In this document: positions 7,274-16,220 of the stretch, in pieces | How positions within the stretch are numbered: position 1 is the first letter of the stretch | Layout: the number at the start of each line of letters is the position of its first letter | Virus genome (UHGV): UHGV-0309737 | Reading direction: 5' to 3' (one strand) | DNA: 36,494 bases | DNA from: a virus | Program-made: the position numbers and the translations under genes | Notes under the pieces: generated by a model | Database searches by the model: none | Told to the model about the DNA's origin: nothing | The model's input: the letters and a program-made list of their open reading frames with translations, nothing else

Positions 7274-8266
7274 ATGAATATTTTGCCATTACTCGACAGG
7301 CCGATCGCCTTCCAGCGTAGTTTCATTCGTCTGAATATTGGTGTGACGGCTGCACTGTTCCTGTCTCAAATGACTTACTGGACTAACCGATCCGACGATG
7401 ACGGATGGGTATATAAAACCCAGGAAGAATGGGAGGAAGAAACAGGGCTTTCCCGTTACGAGCAGGAGGGGGCGCGTAAGAAACTTCGCTCAATTGGTGT
7501 ACTGCTGGAAAAAAAGAAAGGTGTACCTGCTCGTCTTTTCTACAAGATTGATAATGATGTTTTATTTCAAGCGCTTGTAGCCGCAAACAAGGATGCGGAA
7601 AAACCACATACTGGAATGCGGAAAACCAGCAAGCAAGTAAGTGGAAAACCAGCAAACTTTCTTACAGAGAATACTACAGAGAATATATATACCCCTAACC
7701 CCTTAGAGGGGGAAGGCGTTGAGATAATTCTTTCTGATGCACAAAAAGCGCTGGAATTTTACAACGAGCAAACCGGTACCCGCTGCCGTGACCTGAAACC
7801 GTTTGTGATGATGCTGACGCCGACCACCACCCGGGCAGGGTACACCCTGGATGAATTGCAGTTAGTTATCCGCTGGGTTCTGGCCACATGGCGCCGCCGT
7901 GGCGATAGCCTGCCGAAGCCAGCGAACATCTGCCGGGTAAACCGTTTTGATGGTTATCTCGCTGACGCTGCAGCATGGGAGATGACCGAAACCGACATTG
8001 ATCCGGAAGCCGTTATGAACGGCTACAACGAAATTTTTGCTGACGTTCTGCCTGCTGCTGAACTGGATACCGACCGCCGCCGGATGATCGCCCAGCTTGC
8101 CGCACACATGAAAAACAAAACCACGGGCGCATTTTTGGGGTATTTCGAAAAATTCCGCGCTGATGCGTCAGATTTTTATTTCGGTGCTAACGGCGGATGG
8201 CGCGCCAGCTTTGACTACCTGATGAAACCTGAAACGTTACGTAAAACCCGGGAAGGTTCGCTATGA
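7274..8266 (+). CDS. Phage replication initiation / replisome organiser protein (O-like)
   Basis: 330 aa directly upstream of and overlapping helicase gene; replisome-organiser-like N-terminus. Confidence 0.55.
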   Translation: MNILPLLDRPIAFQRSFIRLNIGVTAALFLSQMTYWTNRSDDDGWVYKTQEEWEEETGLSRYEQEGARKKLRSIGVLLEKKKGVPARLFYKIDNDVLFQALVAANKDAEKPHTGMRKTSKQVSGKPANFLTENTTENIYTPNPLEGEGVEIILSDAQKALEFYNEQTGTRCRDLKPFVMMLTPTTTRAGYTLDELQLVIRWVLATWRRRGDSLPKPANICRVNRFDGYLADAAAWEMTETDIDPEAVMNGYNEIFADVLPAAELDTDRRRMIAQLAAHMKNKTTGAFLGYFEKFRADASDFYFGANGGWRASFDYLMKPETLRKTREGSL

Positions 8267-9651
8267 CTCCGCAGGAACTGGAAGCGTGCGTGCTGGCCGG
8301 CCTGCTGAACGGCGGTGCCAGCCCGGATGCATTCGACGTAATCGCCGCCACGCCGGAAGAATCGTTCAGTATCGGGTTCCACCGTCGCGCATTCTCCGAA
8401 ATTAAAAAACAGGCGCTGGCGAACGGCCTTATCGACATGCTGTTTATCAGCGAAGCGCTGGGCGGTAGCAGCCTGGCAGATTTATCAGAAATTACGCGCA
8501 TGCCGGCCACGGTACCGAACCTGAAAGGGTACGCCGGGAAAATGGTTAAGGCATGGCGCAGCCGCCGCATGGCAGAGCTACTACAGCAGGGTGCCGACGG
8601 CATCCGACAGGCCAATAACCAGGAGCAGCGCGATCAGGTTGTCGAAAGTGCGGTGGCTCAGCTGCTGGACATGACCGGCGATACTGGCGACGTGCAGCCG
8701 GTTCACATCAGCGATTTACTGCCAACCTACATGGAGACGGTACAGAAACGCATGGACGGCGAAGCCGGTACCCGAAACCTGAAGACTGGCATCGACGAAC
8801 TGGATGATGCCACCGGTGGCATTAACCTGCAGGATTTGATAGTTGTCGCTGGCCGCCCGGGCATGGGTAAAACCGAATTCGCGTTGAAGATTGTCGATGG
8901 TGTTACCGCTGCCGGCGGCGGGGCGCTGATATTCAGTATGGAAATGGCCGCTGCGCAAATCGTAGAACGCTCTCTGGCAGGCTCTGGCAACATGTCGGTG
9001 TCACGCCTGCGTAATCCCCTAGATATGCAGGACGAGGACTGGGCGCGCTTTACAGCGGCCATGGAGACCATGAACGGACGCGATATCTGGATTGTTGACG
9101 CTACCGATCTGACGATTGAGCAAATCCGCGCCGTTGCCGAGACGCATAAGCGCCGTTATCCGCATCTCGCGATGATCGTTGTTGATTACCTCGGCCTGAT
9201 TAAAAAACCGAAGGCAGAGCGTAACGACCTGGCGATCGCCCACATTTCCCGAAACCTTAAAACTATGGCAATGCGCCTGCATACGCCGACGTTTGCACTC
9301 AGCCAGCTTTCGCGCGCGGTGGACTCCCGCCCGGCAGGCCAGCGCCGCCCGGTTATGTCAGACCTCCGTGATTCCGGTTCTATTGAGCAGGATGCCGACA
9401 GCATCATGTTTCTGTACCGCGATGAAGTCTACAACCCGGAAAGCCCGGCAGCAGGCATCGCCGAAATTATCCTGGGGAAAAGCCGATTCAGTGCCGCCGG
9501 CGCGGTTATCTACCAGGAGTTTAAAAACGGCCATTTCCTTCACGTCGATCAGCATGTCGGCAAAGAGAAAACCCGTATTCAACTGGAGGCAGCAAAACCA
9601 CGAAAACAACCGCGTAAATACGCAGAGAAATATAACACCGATGCATTTTAA
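8263..9651 (+). CDS. DnaB-family replicative DNA helicase
   Basis: 462 aa; Walker A GRPGMGKTEFALKI, DnaB-type N- and C-terminal regions. Confidence 0.9.
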   Translation: MTPQELEACVLAGLLNGGASPDAFDVIAATPEESFSIGFHRRAFSEIKKQALANGLIDMLFISEALGGSSLADLSEITRMPATVPNLKGYAGKMVKAWRSRRMAELLQQGADGIRQANNQEQRDQVVESAVAQLLDMTGDTGDVQPVHISDLLPTYMETVQKRMDGEAGTRNLKTGIDELDDATGGINLQDLIVVAGRPGMGKTEFALKIVDGVTAAGGGALIFSMEMAAAQIVERSLAGSGNMSVSRLRNPLDMQDEDWARFTAAMETMNGRDIWIVDATDLTIEQIRAVAETHKRRYPHLAMIVVDYLGLIKKPKAERNDLAIAHISRNLKTMAMRLHTPTFALSQLSRAVDSRPAGQRRPVMSDLRDSGSIEQDADSIMFLYRDEVYNPESPAAGIAEIILGKSRFSAAGAVIYQEFKNGHFLHVDQHVGKEKTRIQLEAAKPRKQPRKYAEKYNTDAF

Positions 9652-9689
9652 CCGCGCCTGACCAGCGCGATATAACCGAGGAAAGACCA

Positions 9690-10358
9690 ATGACCACGAA
9701 TTTAAATTACCCAAAACCAGTTAATCCGGATGATGGCTGCAACTGGTTACCCGTTATTTTATGGCGCATGAACGCCGGCGCCCGCGCGCGTAGTCGTTCT
9801 GTATTTGTTGCCGCACCGCGACCAGAACCAGTGCCGGGGATTACTCCGCAAAAGCCAATTAAACGCGAAGCGCCGCTGCCAGCAGTTTCAGGCCGTCGCC
9901 GTAAAACCCATCTCGGTACCGTGATTTATTCCAAAGGCGAAAAAACCGTGCGCCTGAGCGAAGGTGTCACCGTCTGGTCTGCCGGCGCTAATGAGCATTT
10001 CGATAAAAAGACCGGTCAGCGTGTCGGCGGTGCTGGCCGTCATCGCCTGGTACTCGACAGTGTTCGTCCGCTGCTTGCCAGCGACGATCAACCCGGCGCC
10101 GGGAAAGTTACCGCGCAGCAGCTGGTCGCCGTCATGAAAGGTAAAACTCTTTCTTATCAGACCATTCTCGGCCAGCTACAGAAACACTATCCAGAATGCC
10201 AGGTAACGATTAAAGAAATTCAGGATCGTGTATTCAGCATGTTCAATTCGAACTATGTCGGCATCACTCGCCATGATGATACGCCAGTGGTTCATTTCAC
10301 GCTTAACAGCGTGGATCCCCGTTATTACGTCGAGTCAGCGAAAAACAAGAGGGTGTAA
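9690..10358 (+). CDS. Hypothetical nin-region protein
   Basis: 222 aa; ACCGAGGAAAGACCAATGA start cassette. Confidence 0.5.
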   Translation: MTTNLNYPKPVNPDDGCNWLPVILWRMNAGARARSRSVFVAAPRPEPVPGITPQKPIKREAPLPAVSGRRRKTHLGTVIYSKGEKTVRLSEGVTVWSAGANEHFDKKTGQRVGGAGRHRLVLDSVRPLLASDDQPGAGKVTAQQLVAVMKGKTLSYQTILGQLQKHYPECQVTIKEIQDRVFSMFNSNYVGITRHDDTPVVHFTLNSVDPRYYVESAKNKRV

Positions 10359-10361
10359 GGC

Positions 10362-10595
10362 ATGGCCGGGCAATCAGATTACCTGCCGCCCGGCCTACCG
10401 CTCAATCGCGCTAAATGGCCGCAGGAGTACCAGCTCAAAGAGCACTACGACATGCGCGCCTCAGCACTCATACGACAGCTGTTTGAGAAGAAAGTCACTC
10501 GACAGGCCATCGTAGAGCAGATTGCAGCGACGCCGGAAAGCTACCGGGAGTTTTTCAAAGAACGATTAAATTTTTGGCGGGAGAAACGAACATGA
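10362..10595 (+). CDS. Hypothetical protein
   Basis: 77 aa, SD AAGAGGGTG. Confidence 0.45.
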   Translation: MAGQSDYLPPGLPLNRAKWPQEYQLKEHYDMRASALIRQLFEKKVTRQAIVEQIAATPESYREFFKERLNFWREKRT

Positions 10596-10741
10596 AGCGA
10601 TTTTTTAAACCAGACCTGGAACATTCAAGCCGGCGCACACTGCTGCTTTTCGCGCTGGCGTGGAATTTTGTGGCGCTGGCCGCCGCAATCGGGGTAGCCG
10701 GTTTAGGTATTTACCTGATCAAACGATGGATGGGCGCATGA
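10592..10741 (+). CDS. Small single-pass membrane protein (49 aa), not in ORF track
   Basis: MKRFFKPDLEHSSRRTLLLFALAWNFVALAAAIGVAGLGIYLIKRWMGA; ATGA overlaps with flanking genes on both sides. Confidence 0.35.
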   Translation: MKRFFKPDLEHSSRRTLLLFALAWNFVALAAAIGVAGLGIYLIKRWMGA

Positions 10742-11328
10742 ACGGAAAATATACCCTGATTTATGCGGATCCGCCGTGGACATACCGAGATAAAGCCAAT
10801 GATGGGAAACGTGGCGCCGGGCATAAATACCAGACCATGACACTACTGGATATCTGCCGTTTGCCCGTGTGGGAACTGGCCGCCGAAAACTGCCTGCTGG
10901 CTATGTGGTGGGTACCGACGATGCCGCTCGAGGCTCTGAAGGTGGTCGAAGCGTGGGGTTTCCGTCTCATGACAATGAAGGGATTCACCTGGAATAAGTG
11001 CGGAAGCCGGCAGACCGACAAGCTCGTTATGGGAATGGGGCATATGACGCGCGCAAACAGCGAAGATTGCTTGTTTGCTGTGAAGGGGAATCTTCCTGCC
11101 CGGCTGGATGCCGGGATCATCCAGTCTTTCACTGCGCCGCGGCTCGAGCATTCCAGAAAACCCGACTGCGTGCGCGAAATGCTGGTGCAGCTGCTTGGCG
11201 ACGTTCCCCGCATTGAGTTATTCGCGCGGCAGTCGTCACACGGTTTTGATGTTTGGGGTAATCAGTGTGAATCATCTTCGGTGGCGCTGCTGCCGGGCAT
11301 TGCAGAATTTATTGGAGCTATAGAATGA
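10738..11328 (+). CDS. MT-A70/Dam-like N6-adenine DNA methyltransferase
   Basis: IYADPPWTY (DPPW catalytic motif) near N-terminus; start at ATG 10738 rather than track's upstream extension. Confidence 0.8.
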   Translation: MNGKYTLIYADPPWTYRDKANDGKRGAGHKYQTMTLLDICRLPVWELAAENCLLAMWWVPTMPLEALKVVEAWGFRLMTMKGFTWNKCGSRQTDKLVMGMGHMTRANSEDCLFAVKGNLPARLDAGIIQSFTAPRLEHSRKPDCVREMLVQLLGDVPRIELFARQSSHGFDVWGNQCESSSVALLPGIAEFIGAIE

Positions 11329-11963
11329 ATAACGAAAACGAAATCACAGCAGCACTAGCATATATCTATAAATGCCGCGAGCTTTCAGGCTGCCCGGCTG
11401 GCGTAGACCTTCAGGACTGGGTGAAGCAGCTGGCGGCGGAGAATGCGTACTTGATACCTAAAGCCGCTAGCGAACTGTCAAATGCCTGGGTGCTTCATAA
11501 GTACCTAATCGGCATTCAAGCGGCGATTATGTATCTGGATAATGGAAACAAGAAGGCCGCGCAGGAATGGCTGTATGGAACTATTGCTGGTCCGGGATTT
11601 GAGTTCCCTGACGAGGTTGACGATATCGACGCATGGGCAACTCATCAGATGCGCGGCAGCATAAGCCATCCGCGCGCACTTGAAATAATCAAGGAAGAAA
11701 CTCCTGCCACCGATCGCATCGTAGCCGGGATTAAGGCTGATGGTCGCGTTGAAGGTGCGCACTTTGTGGCTAACCGTATGCTGGCTGCATGGGATGCAGG
11801 TTTTATCGAAGACTCAGCCAAAAACGCCGCCGATATCGCCCGTATGATTCTCTCCTCAACCGAGTTTATGGCAGATGCGCCAGAGGGTGATTTCGACCGT
11901 TCTTTTGCTGATGGCATCTTGGCAGATATCGCCAAGCAGCTGCGCGAGGGGGCCGACAAATGA
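11325..11963 (+). CDS. Hypothetical protein
   Basis: 212 aa, overlapping start/stop with neighbours. Confidence 0.5.
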   Translation: MNNENEITAALAYIYKCRELSGCPAGVDLQDWVKQLAAENAYLIPKAASELSNAWVLHKYLIGIQAAIMYLDNGNKKAAQEWLYGTIAGPGFEFPDEVDDIDAWATHQMRGSISHPRALEIIKEETPATDRIVAGIKADGRVEGAHFVANRMLAAWDAGFIEDSAKNAADIARMILSSTEFMADAPEGDFDRSFADGILADIAKQLREGADK

Positions 11964-12199
11964 GCATTAGAACAGAGCATGGGTACGGGCCATTAACGGT
12001 AACTGTCGGCTGGCTTGATAACTGCCCAAAATGCAACAACGACAAAGCCAGTGTGACTGGATGGTCTGTGTCTCCGGATACCCTTTGGGCTGGCGACGAA
12101 GCCGTATGCACGAAATGCGGACACAAAGGCGAAATTGATGCAGACGGTGAAAACGCTTGGGTTGAATGGGATGGCGTGAAGGAGGCCAGCCATGACTGA
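11960..12199 (+). CDS. Small zinc-ribbon protein
   Basis: CPKC...CTKCGH pairs. Confidence 0.45.
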   Translation: MSIRTEHGYGPLTVTVGWLDNCPKCNNDKASVTGWSVSPDTLWAGDEAVCTKCGHKGEIDADGENAWVEWDGVKEASHD

Positions 12200-12635
12200 T
12201 ATCACCGAACTGCCGCTACTCGTCAGCAAAGCAAGAGCATCCGCATTTACCCTGGAATATATCTCCCAGTTTGAGCTTGATGATATTGATTCCGATGACG
12301 TTGATTTGCGGTTTGAAGTAGATGGTCGAGATACCGGCACCAACGTTTCTATCGTCGATGAGTGTGGGCAGGCTGCAAAGGTTATTGGCGCGTTGGTAGA
12401 GGCGCTGGAGAAGGCGCAGCGGCACATCGGCGAACTTGAGCGCAAAGAGGAAGCTCTTCGCCCGGTCGGCGTAATGAGTGAGAAAGCGTATCACCGCCTG
12501 GAAAACAGAGAATCACGCTTTATTGCACTCTGGCCTCGCCCCGAGATCTATTTACCGCGTAAGCGCCCGGAAGATGGCGTGATCGTTTATGCACGTACTG
12601 CTGCTACGACTGGCATCAAGTGGGAGGCTGAGTGA
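12192..12635 (+). CDS. Hypothetical protein
   Basis: 147 aa ORF in coupled gene chain. Confidence 0.45.
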   Translation: MTDITELPLLVSKARASAFTLEYISQFELDDIDSDDVDLRFEVDGRDTGTNVSIVDECGQAAKVIGALVEALEKAQRHIGELERKEEALRPVGVMSEKAYHRLENRESRFIALWPRPEIYLPRKRPEDGVIVYARTAATTGIKWEAE

Positions 12636-12805
12636 TGCGCGACTGGAGACTGGTTTTACGCGATATGGAGCGAGAAGAGAAACGTAAGCGCTCTATGGTC
12701 AAAAACATTCCTGGTGAATTACGTAATCAAAAATGCCCGTGTGGTAGCGGCCGAAAAGCTAAAAATTGCCAGTGCGATATGTTCAAGGGGGCGAAAAATG
12801 TCTGA
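12635..12805 (+). CDS. Small protein with SEC-C-type metal-binding motif (56 aa), not in ORF track
   Basis: ...KCPCGSGRKAKNCQC... matches SecA C-terminal/YchJ SEC-C motif CPCGSGKKYKNC; TGATG overlap upstream, ATGTCTGA overlap downstream. Confidence 0.45.
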   Translation: MRDWRLVLRDMEREEKRKRSMVKNIPGELRNQKCPCGSGRKAKNCQCDMFKGAKNV

Positions 12806-13400
12806 TGAAATTGAAACTATAGATAAAAATCCCAAATCATGGGCTGCATGGAAACGGGAAGCAGAAAGGCTGCAAGAAATTATCGACGGCATGGCGCTGG
12901 CCGCAATGGACGGCGAGCCGGTGCTGTACGTAATGGGGATGGGTCAGGCGCTTGACGCCGAGACTGCGTCAACCTGCAAAGGGGCCGTGGACTCTTGGGT
13001 AGCTGAGTGGAACCAAAGTCGCCTACCGGGACAGGCGAAGTATAAAACCGTACCACTCTATCGCCACGCGCAGCCTGCGCCAGAGCTTGCCGCTATTGTT
13101 GAGCGCCTTAACCTCAGCGGATATGAGTATGAAGGCGGAGAGGTTACACCGCAAAATGCAGCAGCCATAGTCGATACTCTCCTGCAACAGCTCGATGACG
13201 AAGTACAGGGACGAAACGCGCAGCCAGCGCCGGTAGTGCCGGATGGTTACGTGATGGTGCCAATTGAGCCGACAATGTCGCAGGAGCTGGCGGGATATAA
13301 GACGCTGAACGACACGGGGAGGATGTCGCGCCTGATGAAGACTAGATTGTCAAATATTTACCGCGCGATGCTCGCAGCCGCCCCGCAGGAGGTGAAGTGA
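12798..13400 (+). CDS. Hypothetical protein
   Basis: start at MSDEIETIDKN (ATG 12798) rather than track's 12714. Confidence 0.5.
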   Translation: MSDEIETIDKNPKSWAAWKREAERLQEIIDGMALAAMDGEPVLYVMGMGQALDAETASTCKGAVDSWVAEWNQSRLPGQAKYKTVPLYRHAQPAPELAAIVERLNLSGYEYEGGEVTPQNAAAIVDTLLQQLDDEVQGRNAQPAPVVPDGYVMVPIEPTMSQELAGYKTLNDTGRMSRLMKTRLSNIYRAMLAAAPQEVK

Positions 13401-13597
13401 TGGATAAGTGCCAAGGTGTTTTCGGAAAGATATTTGGTCATTCATTCCGGGTGGCGATAACAAAAGGCTCACCTGACTTAAGGCTAGGCGAATATCATGG
13501 TGGGCGAGGCGTTCTGTTAGACATTATGGAAAAAACTAGGCGCGAAACCTATCACGGAATTTACTGTAAGCGCTGCGGAAAGGTTATCGATGGCTAA
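13400..13597 (+). CDS. Hypothetical small protein
   Basis: 65 aa, CKRCGK motif. Confidence 0.4.
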   Translation: MDKCQGVFGKIFGHSFRVAITKGSPDLRLGEYHGGRGVLLDIMEKTRRETYHGIYCKRCGKVIDG

Positions 13598-13928
13598 GAC
13601 ATCAGCAGAGAGAAAGGCCGCGCAGCGCGCGCGGCAGTCCGCCGCCGGTGAGAGAAAGCTCGAGCTGGTGCTGGATGAGCAGGAGCAGGAAATGCTGGCG
13701 CGCAATTGTGCCGCCCGTCGCCCTGGTCGCGATCCCTATGAAATGGCCGAGTATATCGCGTTGCTGATCCGCCAGGATGATGCGCGGGTTCGCGGCCGTA
13801 TAAAGTCCATCGGTAAACGCCAGTGCGGTAAGTGCGGCGATCAGCTTCCGGTGGCATCATGCCCGTGCGCTGGTGATTCTCAGTGCTGGGTTACTTATGG
13901 GTGGCATGAGATGAAAATCGTTGCGTGA
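13590..13928 (+). CDS. Hypothetical protein with C-terminal Cys cluster
   Basis: 112 aa; CGKCGD...CPCAGDSQC. Confidence 0.45.
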   Translation: MAKTSAERKAAQRARQSAAGERKLELVLDEQEQEMLARNCAARRPGRDPYEMAEYIALLIRQDDARVRGRIKSIGKRQCGKCGDQLPVASCPCAGDSQCWVTYGWHEMKIVA

Positions 13929-13952
13929 TGTTCAACCATACCAGAAACTCCA

Positions 13953-13982
13953 AAGCCGCCAGAAATGGCGGTTTTCTTTTTA
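13953..13982 (+). terminator. Intrinsic terminator
   Basis: GCCGCCA-gaaa-TGGCGG then TTTTCTTTTT. Confidence 0.7.
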
Positions 13983-14041
13983 ATTCAATCGGATATTTGA
14001 TATTTTTTCTATGTTTTTTAACACATTGTGCTCTTAAGGAT

Positions 14042-14094
14042 TTGCGATTAAGAACTTATGGGAGTATATATACTGTGAATTTATACAGTATAAT
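14042..14094 (+). promoter_or_regulatory. SOS-regulated promoter: sigma70-like elements with a consensus LexA box
   Basis: TACTGTgaatttatACAGTA at 14071-14090 (CTGT-N8-ACAG, perfect consensus); TTGCGA(14042-47)-17-TATATA(14065-70); TATAAT at 14089-14094. Confidence 0.75.
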
Positions 14095-14114
14095 TATTGG
14101 GGGGTTTAGGAGTT

Positions 14115-14306
14115 GTGGTTGATAAGAACGATGCAGGAGTCCTGCTCCCCGATGATGGCGACGTCCTGATAAGGTGCAAAAGTGGTAAGGCAAGAAAGCT
14201 CCGTGATGTAAAGCCGGACGAGCATATCGCAACACTTAACGCGTTGTTTGAATTAGCTAAATTGTCTGGTTACACCATTATAAAACCAGACGGGACTGTG
14301 CTATAA
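14115..14306 (+). CDS. Small LexA-controlled protein, candidate antirepressor
   Basis: 63-69 aa ORF (GTG 14115 or TTG 14097) after AGGAG SD, immediately downstream of LexA box in AT-rich islet. Confidence 0.45.
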   Translation: MVDKNDAGVLLPDDGDVLIRCKSGKARKLRDVKPDEHIATLNALFELAKLSGYTIIKPDGTVL

Positions 14307-14374
14307 TTAACACGTTGGCTTGAACACCCAACGCACTGTATTTCTGAGCAATTGCTGCGCTAAAGGGGAACCCA

Positions 14375-14971
14375 ATGGCGCAGTATTCTTTTGTAAAAGC
14401 ACCAGGCAATGTATTAATTCCGGCGACGCCTGATGCGCGCGAATTTTTAGAAAAAAAAGTCCGCATGGGCGGTATTTTGTATGCGGATTTTAAGCAGGCA
14501 AGAAACCCGGCATTCCACCGTAAATTTTTTGCCCTCCTGAATCTGGGCTTTGATTACTGGCAACCGTCCGGCGGAGCAATATCGCCAGCCGATAAAAAAC
14601 TGGTACACGGCTATGTGCAGCTGGTGGCCCACTATGCCGGGCATGCCGACACTTTGCAGGAACTGGCGGATCAGTATCTCCGCGATGAAGCAGAAAAACG
14701 CGCCGGGAATATCAGCGCGGTAAAATCGTTTGAAGCATTCCGTTCCTGGGTGACTATCGAAGCCGGTTTTTATACCGAATACCAGATGCCTGATGGCACT
14801 ACCCGCAAAGAACCCAAATCCATATCGTTCGCAAAAATGGACGATGTAGAATTTACCCAGCTGTATAAATCCGTATTAGACGTCCTCTGGAATTTTATTT
14901 TATTCCGCACCTTCCCAACACAGCAGGCAGCAGAAAACGCCGCCTCACAATTATTCAGCTATGCCGCGTGA
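14375..14971 (+). CDS. DUF1367-family phage protein (NinB/Orf-like region)
   Basis: 198 aa; MAQYSFVKAPGNVLIPATPDARE... recognised family from enterobacterial prophages. Confidence 0.6.
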   Translation: MAQYSFVKAPGNVLIPATPDAREFLEKKVRMGGILYADFKQARNPAFHRKFFALLNLGFDYWQPSGGAISPADKKLVHGYVQLVAHYAGHADTLQELADQYLRDEAEKRAGNISAVKSFEAFRSWVTIEAGFYTEYQMPDGTTRKEPKSISFAKMDDVEFTQLYKSVLDVLWNFILFRTFPTQQAAENAASQLFSYAA

Positions 14972-15285
14972 GAAATATCGCCATGACCAAAGACGATAAA
15001 CGCTGGCTGGAAGACGTTGCATCATTGGGTTGCGTCGTATGCAGAAATCTAGGCTACGGCGCCACACCTGCAGAAGTTCACCATATCCGCAAAGGGCAGG
15101 GCATAGCCCAGCGCGCCGACCATAAAAAAACACTCCCGCTTTGCCCGCCACACCATAGAACCGGCGGACATGGCGTAGCTATCCACGCAGGGCAAAAAAC
15201 GTGGGAAGAAAACTACGGTACCGAATCTGAATTACTCAATCAGGTAACCGCTGAGGTGGGGGAATTACGTTTATGCAGAATTTAA
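14968..15285 (+). CDS. Ref-like HNH-type nuclease (recombination enhancement function family), putative
   Basis: GCVVCR...PAEVHHIR...D...LPLCPPHH...G.H. metal-binding/HNH pattern; GTGA overlap with upstream gene. Confidence 0.45.
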   Translation: MRNIAMTKDDKRWLEDVASLGCVVCRNLGYGATPAEVHHIRKGQGIAQRADHKKTLPLCPPHHRTGGHGVAIHAGQKTWEENYGTESELLNQVTAEVGELRLCRI

Positions 15286-15440
15286 TTCCATCCTTAAGAG
15301 CAGCAGATAAATCTAGAAAGTGTGGTTGGCCAACGCGACGGGAAAGCATGAAATTCTGTCTGGCTCCTTTTTCCATTCTGGCGGGTGGCGATTTTGCCCC
15401 TCTCTATGCTCGCGCACGCGCGCGTTTAGGGGGCTGATTT

Positions 15441-15737
15441 ATGCCGCTGGTTGCCACCTTCCGAACAGACTGGTTCCGCGTCATTACCGACCTGACCAGA
15501 AAAAACCTCACCACTCAGCAAATCGCCGATGAACTTGGCGTTTCGAAATCTGCCGTTCTCGGTTGGAAATCCGGATCAGAACCTCGCCACGGTCACGGTG
15601 AGGCGCTGATCGCTCTCTGGTGTCTGGCTACCAGCTCAGACCGTAAAAAACTCCCCACTGTGCTTTATCGGCAGTGGTGGACGTTCCGCCGCCCTGTTTT
15701 TGGTCGGGAAACTGACCAGAAGGGCAACACACAATGA
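15441..15737 (+). CDS. Small HTH DNA-binding protein, candidate late-gene regulator
   Basis: 98 aa; HTH LTTQQIADELGVSKSAVLGW; sits directly upstream of structural module. Confidence 0.45.
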   Translation: MPLVATFRTDWFRVITDLTRKNLTTQQIADELGVSKSAVLGWKSGSEPRHGHGEALIALWCLATSSDRKKLPTVLYRQWWTFRRPVFGRETDQKGNTQ

Positions 15738-15765
15738 CGGCTCACTAATTCAGGAGTGAAAAAAT

Positions 15766-16209
15766 ATGGCTCGACCGAAAAAAAACATCGAGACGCCGGG
15801 GCAGGAAAAAACCGTGACGGATGAAAATACGATTGTGGCGGAATCGCAGTTGCTGAATTCCGAAACTGTGCCGGCTCCGGTCGCTGTGGAGAAAAAAGCC
15901 TCAGCGCCAGAAATTCAACAGCGTGTAGCGCAGCTGCTTGATGGCACCGCTCTTGCCGAACGTAACGCGATCCTTGCCGCTCTCAATTCTCAGGGTGCAA
16001 CAATCATCGCTCGTTTTGATGAATTGGATTTTATTTCCATCAATGGCCAGCGCCTTACCGACAACCTCGAATTTCTTACCCTCGTACGAAAAGCCACTGA
16101 TGTAAGCACCGGCGGCGCGGGTGCAATGGTGACAAACGAAGAGGGCAAGCCGCAACCGGTACGTGGCGCACCTGTATTAACCGAACACGGCTGGCATGTG
16201 CCGGGCTAA
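15766..16209 (+). CDS. Hypothetical protein with strong RBS, first gene of structural module
   Basis: AGGAG SD; 147 aa. Confidence 0.5.
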   Translation: MARPKKNIETPGQEKTVTDENTIVAESQLLNSETVPAPVAVEKKASAPEIQQRVAQLLDGTALAERNAILAALNSQGATIIARFDELDFISINGQRLTDNLEFLTLVRKATDVSTGGAGAMVTNEEGKPQPVRGAPVLTEHGWHVPG

Positions 16210-16220
16210 GGGGGAATCGT

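Noticed and set aside
13590-13928. Q-like late antiterminator candidate (Cys cluster, followed by a terminator)
   Set aside because: It is too small at 112 aa and shows no recognisable Q-family motifs. The terminator starts 25 nt after the stop, leaving no room for PR'/qut. It is kept as a hypothetical zinc protein.
13925-14122. 65-aa plus-strand ORF
   Set aside because: It runs through the 13953-13982 terminator and the LexA-box promoter. Its low-complexity AT-rich sequence is better explained as a regulatory region.
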